Shown here: piece after piece, positions 1-9,559 of the stretch
Numbering within the stretch: position 1 is the stretch's first letter
Layout: each line of letters starts with the position of its first letter
DNA from: Candidatus Woesearchaeota archaeon
GTDB taxonomy: Archaea; Nanobdellota; Nanobdellia; Woesearchaeales; JACPJR01
Assembly (NCBI GenBank): GCA_016187565.1
Contig: JACPJR010000026.1
Location: 44,232 to 108,231, forward strand
DNA length: 64,000 nucleotides
Direction: 5' to 3'
Made by a program: the position numbers and the translations under genes
The notes under the pieces: model-generated
What the model was told of the DNA's origin: nothing
The model's input: the letters and a program-made list of their open reading frames with translations, nothing else
Database searches by the model: none

Positions 1-1
1 T

Positions 2-148
2 ATTGTTCCTTTGGTGGGAAAGGCATATCGTGAAGGTAAGGCCCTTGCTATTGCCCAGGATATACTTACTGATGCAACGGTTGGCAATGTCCTTGCCAAG
101 GCACAGGCTCAAGCACATGCATTACAATCTCTGGTAGGTGCTCAATAA
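2..148 (+). CDS. Partial CDS (3' end); probable ribosomal protein L10/P0 C-terminal region
   Basis: Frame-2 translation ...KAYREGKALAIAQDILTDATVGNVLAKAQAQAHALQSLVGAQ* resembles the helical region preceding the tail of archaeal P0. It lies directly upstream of P1 as in the conserved L10-L12 operon. It stops at 146-148 without the usual acidic C-terminal tail. Confidence 0.4.
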   Translation: MVPLVGKAYREGKALAIAQDILTDATVGNVLAKAQAQAHALQSLVGAQ

Positions 149-197
149 ACAATAAGCTATCGTAGAAAAAGAAAAGCGGAATAAGATAATAGATAAT

Positions 198-204
198 GAG
201 GAGG
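198..204 (+). promoter_or_regulatory. Shine-Dalgarno-like GAGGAGG 8 nt upstream of P1 start codon
   Basis: Sequence tgaGGAGGttataaccATGG read directly. Confidence 0.5.
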
Positions 205-212
205 TTATAACC

Positions 213-521
213 ATGGAATATATCTACGCTGCAATGTTGATTCACAAAGCTGGACAGAAAGTAAACGACGCGAATGTGACTCAAGTGTTGGAAGCTGCAG
301 GCGTAAAACCAGATCCTGCACGGATAAAAGCGCTTGTTGCTGCTCTTGATGGTGTCAATATTGATGAAGCGATCCAAAAAGCAGCAGTGGTCCAAGCAGC
401 AGCTCCTGCAGCGGCAGCGCCAGCAGGCAATGACGAGAAAAAAGAAGCAAAGAAGAAAGAAGAAGAAGAGAAGAAATCTGAGGAACAAGCAGCAGCAGGA
501 CTAGGTGCATTATTTGGTTAA
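213..521 (+). CDS. rpl12: 50S ribosomal stalk protein P1 (L12e)
   Basis: 102-aa protein with N-terminal [11 protein letters not shown]...EAAGV domain, Ala/Pro hinge and KKEEEEEKK...GLGALFG acidic tail typical of archaeal P1. Confidence 0.9.
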   Translation: MEYIYAAMLIHKAGQKVNDANVTQVLEAAGVKPDPARIKALVAALDGVNIDEAIQKAAVVQAAAPAAAAPAGNDEKKEAKKKEEEEKKSEEQAAAGLGALFG

Positions 522-526
522 ATGCA

Positions 527-546
527 TTCTTTTTATTTTTTTATGA
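527..546 (+). terminator. Oligo-T tract after rpl12 (archaeal intrinsic terminator-like)
   Basis: ttctttttatttttttatg immediately after the stop codon. Confidence 0.4.
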
Positions 547-569
547 TTCTTTAGGTTGTACTGATATAA

Positions 570-1514
570 GTGAATTGGAGTGACAGCATGCTCACTGGAA
601 TAGAACCGAAAAAGTTATATGATGATATAGCCCAACAGCGAAAGGAAATAACGCAATTGAAGGAGACGCTCGATCATCTCAATGAACAAAAGGAAGTGTG
701 GTTTGCAAAGAAAGCAAGCCTTCAAGAAACGGTTTCTCAGCACCTTCAGGAATTAAGAGAACAAAAGCACCAGCGGAACGTCTTAACTACCGAAGTACGT
801 CAGCTCAAAGAAGAACGAAAAAAAATTCATGAGGAGATTAAAGCAAAGATTCCTTTACTCCAAGAACAGAAGAAGAGTAAGCAAGAACTCATGAAAAAAT
901 ATCCCTTTAAAGAAGATCCTTCTACAGTAACCAGCAGAATTGCTGCCTTAGAGACAAAGATTGAAACTGAACCAATGTCTTTTGATCGCGAAAAAGAAAT
1001 CATGAAGAAGATCAAAGACTTAAAAAGAAGATTCGCTGAGGTTAAAGATATCAATGAGGTCAGTACTCGCATCCATGCAATTGCTGGTGAGCTTAGGGAA
1101 TTTCGGAAAGAGGCTGACAGGGTTCATCAAAAGATCCAGGAAAAGGCTTTGGAGAGCCAGAAGCATCATGAGGCTTATCTTCAGAGTGCTGAAAAAATAA
1201 AAGAGCTGCGCAGCCAAGAAGAGGAAGCGTATAAACAATTTGTCAGTTTTAAGCAGCAATTTAGCGATGTTAATCATCAATTGAAGACTAAACTTGATGA
1301 GGTCAGGGCACTTCAGGAGAAAGTTTCTGAGCAGAAACTTCATGCAAGAGAAGAGAAGGAAGAAAAAACAAAACAGCGTATTGAAGATAAAGAAAAGATT
1401 GTTCAAGAGAAAATTAAGAAAAGACAAAAGCTCACCACTGAAGATCTCCTCGTCTTTCAAAAAGCAGAAGAGAATAAGGAACAAGAAACGCCCGGTAAGA
1501 AAGAATTTAAATAG
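570..1514 (+). CDS. Archaeal coiled-coil protein (COG1340-like), function unknown
   Basis: 314 aa, almost entirely heptad-like charged K/E/Q-rich sequence. Such proteins are often found near ribosomal operons in archaea. Confidence 0.55.
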   Translation: MNWSDSMLTGIEPKKLYDDIAQQRKEITQLKETLDHLNEQKEVWFAKKASLQETVSQHLQELREQKHQRNVLTTEVRQLKEERKKIHEEIKAKIPLLQEQKKSKQELMKKYPFKEDPSTVTSRIAALETKIETEPMSFDREKEIMKKIKDLKRRFAEVKDINEVSTRIHAIAGELREFRKEADRVHQKIQEKALESQKHHEAYLQSAEKIKELRSQEEEAYKQFVSFKQQFSDVNHQLKTKLDEVRALQEKVSEQKLHAREEKEEKTKQRIEDKEKIVQEKIKKRQKLTTEDLLVFQKAEENKEQETPGKKEFK

Positions 1515-1572
1515 GTTTATATAGTAACGTTTTCTTAATGTAGCATATAGTACGTTTAAAAGAGGTGATTAT

Positions 1573-3012
1573 ATGCAATCTCGTACCAAGGTACTCTTCG
1601 TGCTTATCATTCTTATAATTTCTTTTTTTGCAGTTCGTGTTTCTGCAGTTGGCTGTGATGTTTCGGTGACACCCACGGTTGTCGAGGTTGTAGATGGTAC
1701 GGATCCAACAGTCAATACAGCCAAGGTTACTGTCTCTGGACAGGGGTCTGCGAGTGGATTCTCAGAAGCCACGAGGGTTGAAGTAAATTGTAATATTTAT
1801 GGAACAAAACCTGGTGCTGAGGAAGATGTCGTGCGTGCAACGATTTCAACATACACGCCAACTGAGTTATCATATACTGATGCGATTTGTGTGTACAAGT
1901 CGTCAGAGAGAGATGTCGACTATAAGGTCAGTGCTACCATTAAACTGGACGACATCGTCTGCACGGGTGGTTTTTGCTTCAGTACTATCTCTTGTAGCAA
2001 TAAAGAAACTGATAGTTATGCTGTGGTAACTGTCAAAGCATCCACTCAAGAATCTAAACAACAGGATGAGATAGTCCCTATGTCAAACGAGCAGTGTGGC
2101 AGCTTGAACCAAGCACCCTGTACTGCTTGTCCATCAGGAAGCATCTGCTCAAGTGGTTGTCTAGAACCCTATGTCAAGAAGAATGGGTTATGCCTTGCCT
2201 GTGATCCTGGCTATGTTTACAGTGGTGGAGCCGGAAGAGTTGCCCTTTGTCTAAAATGCGGCGGTGAATTACTTTTTGCCTGTGGTGCACCAGCTCCAAA
2301 TGGCAAAACGTGTGATCCAGGTCTAACCGTTGACTCAAGCGGAAGATGTTTTAAGCAGACGAATACCGACCAAACAAACACTGGACAAACAACTGTAGAA
2401 CAGACGAGCAGTGAGAGGGAGATGAGGTTTGGGTTGGATTGGAAGTGGAGTTTGATTGGCGTACCCTATGGCGAGATCTCAAGCGAAGATCATGCATGCC
2501 TTTCAAAGATATATTATTACGACAAAACTCAAAGAAAGTATCAGAAAGTTACTGATTTAAAAGACAAGAACTTAATTGGAAAAGGATTATGGGCGATGAG
2601 ACCAGCAAAAGGTGTTGGAGGGTGTACTATAAAATACACGGGTAAGTTCTTAGCCTCGCAAACAATAGAATTGAAGAAAGGATGGAATCTGATAAGCGTT
2701 CAAACAGAGAGGGGCATAGACACGTCAAAGGCAACAAGTTGCACGATTACCGGAGGGCCATATATGTACAGTGGTTTTATTGAAAATGGGAAAGCACAAG
2801 GATATGTGAAGCGAGACAATTTGAACTTTGGGAGTGGTTATTGGGTTAAAGTGGCTGACGATTGCAGATTGATCAGCGAAGAGGAGGAAGAGGCACCTCC
2901 GGCTGCTCCAGGGGAATCAGAGAGTGAGACCCCCTCTGCCTCATCTGGGAGTGGCAGTACCATTGAACCTTCTGGAACACGAGGGAGGAGGTTTATAGCA
3001 GATGCAGGATAA
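1573..3012 (+). CDS. Secreted Cys-rich protein with EGF-like cysteine spacing; hypothetical
   Basis: N-terminal signal peptide MQSRTKVLFVLIILIISFFAVRVSA. Central Cys-dense block (CTACPSGSICSSGCLEPY...CLACDPGY...CLKCGGELLFACG). Acidic Ser/Glu-rich C-terminus. Confidence 0.55.
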   Translation: MQSRTKVLFVLIILIISFFAVRVSAVGCDVSVTPTVVEVVDGTDPTVNTAKVTVSGQGSASGFSEATRVEVNCNIYGTKPGAEEDVVRATISTYTPTELSYTDAICVYKSSERDVDYKVSATIKLDDIVCTGGFCFSTISCSNKETDSYAVVTVKASTQESKQQDEIVPMSNEQCGSLNQAPCTACPSGSICSSGCLEPYVKKNGLCLACDPGYVYSGGAGRVALCLKCGGELLFACGAPAPNGKTCDPGLTVDSSGRCFKQTNTDQTNTGQTTVEQTSSEREMRFGLDWKWSLIGVPYGEISSEDHACLSKIYYYDKTQRKYQKVTDLKDKNLIGKGLWAMRPAKGVGGCTIKYTGKFLASQTIELKKGWNLISVQTERGIDTSKATSCTITGGPYMYSGFIENGKAQGYVKRDNLNFGSGYWVKVADDCRLISEEEEEAPPAAPGESESETPSASSGSGSTIEPSGTRGRRFIADAG

Positions 3013-3025
3013 AAGTGGTGATAAC

Positions 3026-3241
3026 ATGAAAAAAAAGAGCATGGGAAAAATACTGATGATTTCATTGTTCATGGTAGTTTTTGTTGCAATGCTCTTGGTA
3101 GCTGGTTGTGTTAATACAAATACCTCTGACGACCAAAGCAGCAATAATACAGGGCAACTCGATGATGAGACACCCCCAGCACCTCCAGCAGAGGATGACG
3201 ATCAATTACCTGCACTCCCTGAGGATGATGGGTCTAGTTGA
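3026..3241 (+). CDS. Small lipoprotein (lipobox LVAGC), acidic Pro-rich tail
   Basis: Internal ATG at 3026 gives MKKKSMGKILMISLFMVVFVAMLLVAGC... The longer ORF start at 3002 overlaps the upstream gene. Confidence 0.45.
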   Translation: MKKKSMGKILMISLFMVVFVAMLLVAGCVNTNTSDDQSSNNTGQLDDETPPAPPAEDDDQLPALPEDDGSS

Positions 3242-3337
3242 TTAAACCATTGAAGTCGAAATGTTCTAAGAACCGGTCACTTAACAGTAGTAAATGAAGG
3301 AACATTTATATACTAATCATTCTATTGTACCTATAAA

Positions 3338-4072
3338 ATGCTCAGAAGGGACCTCTTGCGATTGGTAGTAGGTAGTTTGCCAGTTCTCGCTACTGCTTCT
3401 CCGTTAGAAATTTTGGCTTCTGATGGTTCTTCAGAAGGCACAGGTATTAAAAACACAGGTATTAAAAACTTACGAGTACAAAATGGTCGTGATATTTACA
3501 TTACCTGTCCTGCGGTAGCCTTGCCAAGGGAGTTAGGGGATACCATAGCAAAACACATTAATGCAATTATGGAGAAGGGCTACGCCCGTCAATTGAGCAA
3601 TTATGATTTTTTTCATGGACATCTTTTGTTTGATAAGGATAATACATTTAAAGATCCATTCGATTGGGAAAACGGGGCAAAAGAGAGGTGTTTCACGTTA
3701 GATGATTATTTCTCATCGGTAAGAGCGTTTCTTTATCATACGAGAGAATATCTTAATGAATGGGTTCCTAGATCCGATAAAAATGTCCCACGAAGCATTG
3801 TTGGTTTGATGGATGGTTCAATAAAAATTCCTGAAATAGAGAGTGAAATGTATAGGCAATACGGCACCGTTTATGGATGTGACCAATTTACGGTTGATGG
3901 AATGATGAATCAGTGGCAAGAGGAAATACCTCTTTTGAGCATTAATGGTCATTTGTATCGGACATTTCCTAAATTTCATATCGAACCTGATAAGCACGGG
4001 AGATTTTCTCTCAATAATGGACAAAAATACGAACTTTATTTAGTTCTGAAAGAGGAAAGCAAAAATAAGTAA
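3338..4072 (+). CDS. Secreted hypothetical protein with twin-arginine-like signal (RRDLLRL)
   Basis: MLRRDLLRLVVGSLPVLATASP N-terminus; 244 aa; no recognised catalytic motif. Confidence 0.5.
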   Translation: MLRRDLLRLVVGSLPVLATASPLEILASDGSSEGTGIKNTGIKNLRVQNGRDIYITCPAVALPRELGDTIAKHINAIMEKGYARQLSNYDFFHGHLLFDKDNTFKDPFDWENGAKERCFTLDDYFSSVRAFLYHTREYLNEWVPRSDKNVPRSIVGLMDGSIKIPEIESEMYRQYGTVYGCDQFTVDGMMNQWQEEIPLLSINGHLYRTFPKFHIEPDKHGRFSLNNGQKYELYLVLKEESKNK

Positions 4073-4170
4073 TGGGCAACTTGTAATAGAGGACAATAGT
4101 TTTTAATAAATTTTTCTTCTATTATAGATGGAGATGTTTTCAGTACCCAGTAACCATTACCAAGATTATT

Positions 4171-4356
4171 TTACTTCTGCTGGAATTCGACATACGCACA
4201 TTTACCGCAGGTTAATCGGTTTTTGTGTGCAGCAAGGAATACGCCAGCACCACATTTTGGGCAAAATTTTCGTTTTCGTTCGATTTTATTTCCAGAAATC
4301 GTATAGGCTTTGTAAGCCTTCATACATCGTTTTGGTTTTCGTTGTTTTTTTGCCAT
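4171..4356 (-). CDS. rps27ae: 30S ribosomal protein S27ae
   Basis: 61 aa, C4 zinc ribbon CPKCGAG...CGKC, basic N-terminus [10 protein letters not shown]. Confidence 0.85.
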   Translation of the reverse strand: MAKKQRKPKRCMKAYKAYTISGNKIERKRKFCPKCGAGVFLAAHKNRLTCGKCAYVEFQQK

Positions 4357-4409
4357 GGTTAGTCTTCGAGTATTTTTCAGTGGATAAATCGTTCAGTTTT
4401 CGTTAGTAA

Positions 4410-4748
4410 TTATTTCTTTTTCTTTTCTTCGGATTTTTCTTGAGGCTTTTTCTCAGCTTTCTGTTCTTGTTTGTCTTTTTGTTGTCTTCGGAGCGCATAG
4501 GGCTCTTCTATCTGTGCTAAGTCTTTTGCTGTTTGGTAACAGAAAACAGTTACCTTTGCTTTTCCAAATCCAAATACTGGTTCAATATGCTTGACAACAA
4601 CTTGCTCAGAGTTCCATTGCTGATGGGTACAAACTTCCTTTTTAATATCTACACGTGATGGTGTTGTTCCTGTGTACGTTAAATCATACTGTACTTCGGT
4701 TCGTGCAAGCAAAGGCACATCTTTTTTAGTTACGAGTTTGAGGTCCAT
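4410..4748 (-). CDS. rps24e: 30S ribosomal protein S24e
   Basis: MDLKLVTKKDVPLLARTEVQYDL... matches the S24e N-terminus. Start moved to the internal Met (4748) to avoid overlap with spt4. Lys/Glu-rich tail. Confidence 0.8.
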   Translation of the reverse strand: MDLKLVTKKDVPLLARTEVQYDLTYTGTTPSRVDIKKEVCTHQQWNSEQVVVKHIEPVFGFGKAKVTVFCYQTAKDLAQIEEPYALRRQQKDKQEQKAEKKPQEKSEEKKKK

Positions 4749-4752
4749 GGTA

Positions 4753-4941
4753 TTAGTTCGCCTTAATGGCATATTCTCCAGTCGTTGTTACTCCAATTTT
4801 TTTTGCAATCATTGATTTTTGAGCATCGATATAGGTAATTCTCCCATGCCAATTCGTGGTAAATTGGCTGGTTTTACAGTAAGGACATTCATCTCCATCA
4901 ACAAAATGTCGACAATTTTTGCATACTTTCTTTTTTGCCAT
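4753..4941 (-). CDS. spt4: Transcription elongation factor Spt4 / RNA polymerase subunit E''
   Basis: 62 aa, CKNC...CPYC zinc ribbon plus NWHGRI...AKKIGV...GEYAIK motif. Conserved position between rpoE and rps24e. Confidence 0.8.
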   Translation of the reverse strand: MAKKKVCKNCRHFVDGDECPYCKTSQFTTNWHGRITYIDAQKSMIAKKIGVTTTGEYAIKAN

Positions 4942-4975
4942 GGTTTCACGACACGTAGCTTATTTTCCTAAGGCT

Positions 4976-5563
4976 TTATTCTTTTCTACTTTTTTCTTCC
5001 TTTATTTCTCGAGAATCAGACTTTTTTTGTGAAAGATCTTCTTTGGTCCAGTCTAATTTTCCTAACCCTGGTTGGCGCATGGTTAATCCTAATTTAAGGT
5101 TAGTAATATCTTTGTAACTTATCGCAATAATACGTGCTCTGCATAAATCATTGGGTTTTAAACTTCTTTTTGAATCCTTTCCTAAGAGGACTTTATCTTT
5201 ACTGAAACTGACAAAATCATCCATGGTTTGACTGATGTGGATCATTCCTTCCATTGGTCCAATTTGGATAAAAGCACCAAAATCAACAATGTCTTTAATC
5301 CTTCCTAGAACTACTTCCTGGATCTCTGGTTTATAGGCGAGAAGTTCAAAGGTCGTTTCGTAATAAGAAGCACCATCTCCGGGAATGATAATTCCTTCCT
5401 TTATTTCTTTGATTGCACAGACGTCGATAACAATACCGAGGTCCTTAGAAACATATCCTTCATATTTCACTTTAATCTGTGTGGTTACTGCCTCGCTTAC
5501 CACTAACCCGAATAAACGTGGTGGCACTCTGATATGGTCCTTGACTTCGATTTTGTAAAACAT
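4976..5563 (-). CDS. rpoE: DNA-directed RNA polymerase subunit E' (Rpb7 homolog) with S1 domain
   Basis: MFYKIEVKDHIRVPP...GLVV...S1-like GRIKDIVDFGAFIQIGPMEGMIHISQ. Confidence 0.85.
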   Translation of the reverse strand: MFYKIEVKDHIRVPPRLFGLVVSEAVTTQIKVKYEGYVSKDLGIVIDVCAIKEIKEGIIIPGDGASYYETTFELLAYKPEIQEVVLGRIKDIVDFGAFIQIGPMEGMIHISQTMDDFVSFSKDKVLLGKDSKRSLKPNDLCRARIIAISYKDITNLKLGLTMRQPGLGKLDWTKEDLSQKKSDSREIKEEKSRKE

Positions 5564-5568
5564 GCTTC

Positions 5569-5967
5569 TTACTCCATTATTAAATATTTTTGTTGTCTCA
5601 TCACCATGCGCTTGGCATGTGCTTCTTGTAAACGTCGCTTCAATTCACGATCATTTGTTGCAATGATGTACTGGTCTTTATGCTCTTTAACAAGCGAGAC
5701 AATGGCATCATCAACCGTGCTCTGGGTCATGGGAATGACCATGAGTTCTTTTGCTTGGATAAGGCACAAAGCAAGCTTTGCAGCCCGTTTATCTCCTCCT
5801 TTTTGAGTTTCAAGGATTTTTTGAAGCTCTTCAAAGGTTTTTTCCATGATACAGAGCTTATAAGGAAAATGACATATCCTCTGTATCTCACTGAAGATAT
5901 CCAGGTTAAATTGGCCTGGAATCATCAAAAAGTTTGTGTCTAAGATTATTTTTAAAGGTTTCTGCAT
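5569..5967 (-). CDS. PIN-domain nuclease (conserved RpoE-operon PIN protein)
   Basis: ILDTNFLM N-terminal PIN motif and IIATNDRELKRR C-terminal motif. The same operon position is seen across archaea. Confidence 0.7.
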   Translation of the reverse strand: MQKPLKIILDTNFLMIPGQFNLDIFSEIQRICHFPYKLCIMEKTFEELQKILETQKGGDKRAAKLALCLIQAKELMVIPMTQSTVDDAIVSLVKEHKDQYIIATNDRELKRRLQEAHAKRMVMRQQKYLIME

Positions 5968-5980
5968 TATTTATAAATCT

Positions 5981-6784
5981 TTATCTTTTTTTGCTTTTCG
6001 TTCTTGCTTCTTTTGCATCAGCGATGATGCGTGCCATGGTTAATGAATCTTTCCATGTAATTGGCGACTCGCTGATAATCGTAATATCCACGTTACGTTG
6101 GATAATCTCCTGAGCAATAGGCTTGAAAAAGGATTCCTCTAACTCCAGATGATGACTCTCTCCTTTTTCCGTATACGCAATACCGGAACAATGTGCATGA
6201 AGATGAGAAAATTCATGCAGACTATTAAAAAGTTGCGTAAAATTGATTTTTCCCATGCTCCTTGCATACAGATGGGCAAAGTCTACGCACAAACCACACT
6301 TCAGCTCGTGATGGAGCTTGAGTAGCTCTTCCATATCACCAAATTGACTGTGTTTTCCACTGGTCTCTGGTGCTAGTATTGTTTTCCATCCTTTTTGAGT
6401 AACTATCTCTTGGACAGAGCGTATGGCATGCTTTACCAATGCATAGACCTCTTTTTTATCTTGTCCTTGATAATATCCTGCATGAAAAACAATGTGATCA
6501 GCCCCTAAGTCATGGCCTCGTTCACAGGAGTCAAGGATGCGCTGCTGCGATGCCTTTACTTTTTCAGGGTCTGAGGAAGCAAGATTGATGTAATAGGGAG
6601 CATGAATACTTAATCTGATTCCTAATTCTTTTGCAAGAGCACCTGCTTCACTTGCTGTTTTCTTGCTCATATGAACACCACGGACAAACTGCACTTCTTG
6701 CGTTGTCAGACCTAATTTCTTTAAACGAGGTAGTGATTCCATAATGCTCTTTCCACAATTTCCTGCTGGGCCTAACCAGATCAT
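5981..6784 (-). CDS. nfo: Endonuclease IV family AP endonuclease (xylose isomerase-like TIM barrel)
   Basis: Motifs HAPYYINLA, VFHAGYY, APETSGK, CVDFAHLYA, HLHAHCSG align with Endo IV metal-binding blocks. The start is uncertain. The ORF extends to 6886, but that leaves only 5 bp to the divergent gene, so an internal Met is preferred. Confidence 0.7.
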   Translation of the reverse strand: MIWLGPAGNCGKSIMESLPRLKKLGLTTQEVQFVRGVHMSKKTASEAGALAKELGIRLSIHAPYYINLASSDPEKVKASQQRILDSCERGHDLGADHIVFHAGYYQGQDKKEVYALVKHAIRSVQEIVTQKGWKTILAPETSGKHSQFGDMEELLKLHHELKCGLCVDFAHLYARSMGKINFTQLFNSLHEFSHLHAHCSGIAYTEKGESHHLELEESFFKPIAQEIIQRNVDITIISESPITWKDSLTMARIIADAKEARTKSKKR

Positions 6785-6891
6785 GACGTGTTCAAGAAAA
6801 GCAAAGTATATATGCGTTTCTATTTGGTGAGGTAAGCGTTTTGCAATACAAAAGCTTATATAGCTGCATGACGTGACTTTTTCCACAAAAA

Positions 6892-7770
6892 GTGGTGTTG
6901 AGCGTGGAACAAAAGCAGAACATTGTTGATTTTTTTGAACAAGTAAAAAACTACCGCATCACTCTGTGGTTTGAACAGCTTACTTTTTTACGTATTCTGC
7001 TTGCATGGATCATTATCGTTGTCTCTTTTGGTGTGATGTATCATGTTTTTAGCGGTGAACAAGGGTATCTTTTTTCGGTCCACGGCGCCACAAAAGTAAC
7101 AAGCGTTTTTGACGCTGTTTATTTCAGTTTTGTTACTGCCACCACCACGGGTTTTGGAGATATTGTTCCGGTTGCCTCTTTTAAAATCATTGCCATTGCT
7201 GAAGTGATCTTTGGGCTCTTGCTCCTTGCAGTTGTTACCTCAAAACTCGTTTCTCTCAAACAGGATGTTATTTTAAGCGAGCTCTATGAGTTTTCCTTTA
7301 GTGAAAAAATTACCCGGCTGCGTTCTTCATTACTCCTGTTTCGTCAAAGTCTTGACCGAATGATGAGTAAGATTGAGGATGGAGTGATGAGGAGCAGAGA
7401 TACCAATGACATTACCGTTAATCTTGCTTTGCTTGAGAGCACATTAAGCGAAACCGCAAGATTATTGGGAAAAAGAAAACAACATCAATTTGTCAAAAAG
7501 CTTGATGCGGTAAACACCGAGCTTATCTTTAACAGCATCCTGAGCTCCTTTGAGAAATGGTATGAGCTCATGGTCTTGCTTGATCAAAAAACCCTCAGTT
7601 GGAGAACAGAACAACAGGTCTCACAGTTGTATCATTGTTTGGATATAGCGAACGATCTCTTTAATCAACTCGATACATCTGCGGGAATCAACGAGGATCT
7701 TCGTGAGGACCTTATCAACAGAAAAAACATCTTAACCAGCATTATCAAGCAGAAGATTACTGAAAACTAA
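6892..7770 (+). CDS. Two-TM potassium channel family protein with cytoplasmic helical C-terminal domain
   Basis: Pore helix plus selectivity-filter-like TTTGFGDIVP between two TM helices. The C-terminal ~170 aa is predicted helical rather than RCK. Confidence 0.65.
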   Translation: MVLSVEQKQNIVDFFEQVKNYRITLWFEQLTFLRILLAWIIIVVSFGVMYHVFSGEQGYLFSVHGATKVTSVFDAVYFSFVTATTTGFGDIVPVASFKIIAIAEVIFGLLLLAVVTSKLVSLKQDVILSELYEFSFSEKITRLRSSLLLFRQSLDRMMSKIEDGVMRSRDTNDITVNLALLESTLSETARLLGKRKQHQFVKKLDAVNTELIFNSILSSFEKWYELMVLLDQKTLSWRTEQQVSQLYHCLDIANDLFNQLDTSAGINEDLREDLINRKNILTSIIKQKITEN

Positions 7771-7908
7771 GCAATTTTAAGTATGAGTTTATTCAGAACG
7801 TGTTAACCTTAATTCTGGGAAAATTGTTTTCTGAGATCCACAAATTTGAGCATCTAGAAGTAGTGACAGAATAGCAATATTTAAATAACAACATACAATA
7901 CTAAGGCA

Positions 7909-8595
7909 ATGAATCTATACAAACGTATGGAATGGCAGTCATTGAAAAAAATTGAGAGAGCACAACTCCTACTCGTCATTGAAGGACTAAAGAGAGGTGC
8001 TATTATTGAGGGGAATTGGACATATTTTATGGATATTCTTGCCCAAACAGGTCTCAGTTACGTGCTAGATACCAGCGAGTATAGTTTGTATCCAGTCGTT
8101 AAGGTAACACAGCCAGAAACTTTGGAAGAATTCAATAGGGGGTGTTTGACTCTTTCTGCAAAGACAACCGTGGCTGAATATAATCGAATTTTAGGATGGC
8201 TGCTGAATTATCCTGAATGTTGTACTCAAGAATTTGTGAAAGAAAAAACTCATGAACAAAAAGAGGCTAAAAGAAAAGGGCAGTGTCATTTGAGTTATAA
8301 ATTCGGTCAAGAGCTTGACGCCAAGATTAAAGCTGAAGGAAATTATCCAGATATTTTTGATTATCGACCAGCAACCTTTACACCGTGCGGAATAGAATGT
8401 CCTGAAGCGACAAAAGTTTTAACTTCATGGAAAGAAGCAATTGATGCTCTTGATCCTGAAGCTGGCAGAGAATTAGTTTATTATAATAGACTTAGTCTTC
8501 CTCAACGATTAGCACACAAAGAGTATTTACACCAAGAAAGACAGCGAAGAGGTTTGGAGTGTCGATTACAATTACTAAGAGAAAGTGTCCTTTAA
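7909..8595 (+). CDS. Hypothetical Cys-containing protein
   Basis: 228 aa; motifs YPECC and FTPCGIECPE; no confident family assignment. Confidence 0.45.
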   Translation: MNLYKRMEWQSLKKIERAQLLLVIEGLKRGAIIEGNWTYFMDILAQTGLSYVLDTSEYSLYPVVKVTQPETLEEFNRGCLTLSAKTTVAEYNRILGWLLNYPECCTQEFVKEKTHEQKEAKRKGQCHLSYKFGQELDAKIKAEGNYPDIFDYRPATFTPCGIECPEATKVLTSWKEAIDALDPEAGRELVYYNRLSLPQRLAHKEYLHQERQRRGLECRLQLLRESVL

Positions 8596-8768
8596 ACTAA
8601 TCCCTGGGCTTTTCTCTCTGCTTCTTTTGCTTTTCTTCGATAGCTTGCATAGGAATCGTCAGGACTGTATTTCATGGGTTTTGGATTCTTTGTTTCCTCA
8701 CCACATGCACAACGTTCTCTCAAAGAATACGTTCCGCATTGAAAACACTTTCGAATAACATTAACCAT
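8592..8768 (-). CDS. nop10: H/ACA ribonucleoprotein subunit Nop10
   Basis: MVNVIRKCFQCGTYSLRERCACGEETKNPKPMKYSPDDSYASYR: zinc ribbon plus conserved P-x-K(F/Y)SP-D-Y motif. Downstream of aIF2alpha as in most archaea. Start placed at an internal Met. Confidence 0.8.
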   Translation of the reverse strand: MVNVIRKCFQCGTYSLRERCACGEETKNPKPMKYSPDDSYASYRRKAKEAERKAQGLV

Positions 8769-8769
8769 C

Positions 8770-9549
8770 TTAATCAGCACGAACAAATTCGCCGAATCCA
8801 CCCTCTTTTTTGAGATAGCCTAATGAAGCATCAACTGCTTTTTTGAGCATTGTTTCTGCAGCTTTATAATCTGCTGCAATGATCATCATTTCATAAGCAC
8901 CGGCACCAAGATAACGAAGCGTGATGTGTTTGGGATTAACTGCTTCTGCTTTGAGAAGCACCTCTTGTACGGTACTTACTCCATTTGCTGCGTACGAGCC
9001 GATCTTGAACACACCTTTGATGGTAACTTGCGGGAGCTTTATACGCTGTTGAATTAAGGTCAAAAGATCATGTGATATATCTTTACCGAGATCAAGTTTA
9101 GTAAGTAAGGATGGAGTATGAAGAACTGCCTCAAAATAAGGATAAAGTCCAAGGTACTCTGCCTTCAGTCCTGTTGTTATCTTCCTATAGAGAGCTGGAA
9201 GATCTTGACGATGTTTCTTAGCAACCTGTTCAAGGATCTTTTCTGCAAGCTGTTCTTGTTTGATCTCATTGACCTTTGCTCTGCGTTGAATCTCAGTTAC
9301 TCGACGCAACGAGAGATCAATATGACCTCGCTCTCGATTAATACGGAGAACTTTGCAGATGATTACTTTGCCTTCTTTGACAAAATCACGGATGTTTCGA
9401 ATCCTTCCCGGACTTACCTCAGAAATATGGATCATACCTTGAAGTTCATATTCATCGAGGTTGACAAACACGCTATGGTGCTGGACAGAAGTAACCGTAC
9501 ACATGATCAGTTCAGATTCCTCAGGAAAACCAGTTTTACGTAACAGCAT
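8770..9549 (-). CDS. eif2a: Translation initiation factor 2 alpha subunit (aIF2-alpha)
   Basis: N-terminal S1 domain (GMIHISEVSPGRIRNIRDFVKEGKVIICKVLRIN), helical domain and alpha-beta C-terminal domain; 259 aa. Confidence 0.85.
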   Translation of the reverse strand: MLLRKTGFPEESELIMCTVTSVQHHSVFVNLDEYELQGMIHISEVSPGRIRNIRDFVKEGKVIICKVLRINRERGHIDLSLRRVTEIQRRAKVNEIKQEQLAEKILEQVAKKHRQDLPALYRKITTGLKAEYLGLYPYFEAVLHTPSLLTKLDLGKDISHDLLTLIQQRIKLPQVTIKGVFKIGSYAANGVSTVQEVLLKAEAVNPKHITLRYLGAGAYEMMIIAADYKAAETMLKKAVDASLGYLKKEGGFGEFVRAD

Positions 9550-9559
9550 TGTTAAGAAA

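Noticed and set aside
66-488. 140-aa minus-strand ORF antisense to rpl12
   Set aside because: Low-complexity F/L/C-rich translation produced by the antisense of purine-rich codons of P1; overlaps a confidently identified ribosomal gene.
1294-1524. Lys/Arg-rich 76-aa ORF in an alternate frame of the coiled-coil gene
   Set aside because: Frame-shifted reading of AAG/GAA-rich codons; entirely internal to a longer ORF.
3441-3470. Tandem 15-nt duplication ggtattaaaaacaca x2
   Set aside because: In-frame duplication inside a CDS (GIKNTGIKN), not a CRISPR or regulatory repeat.
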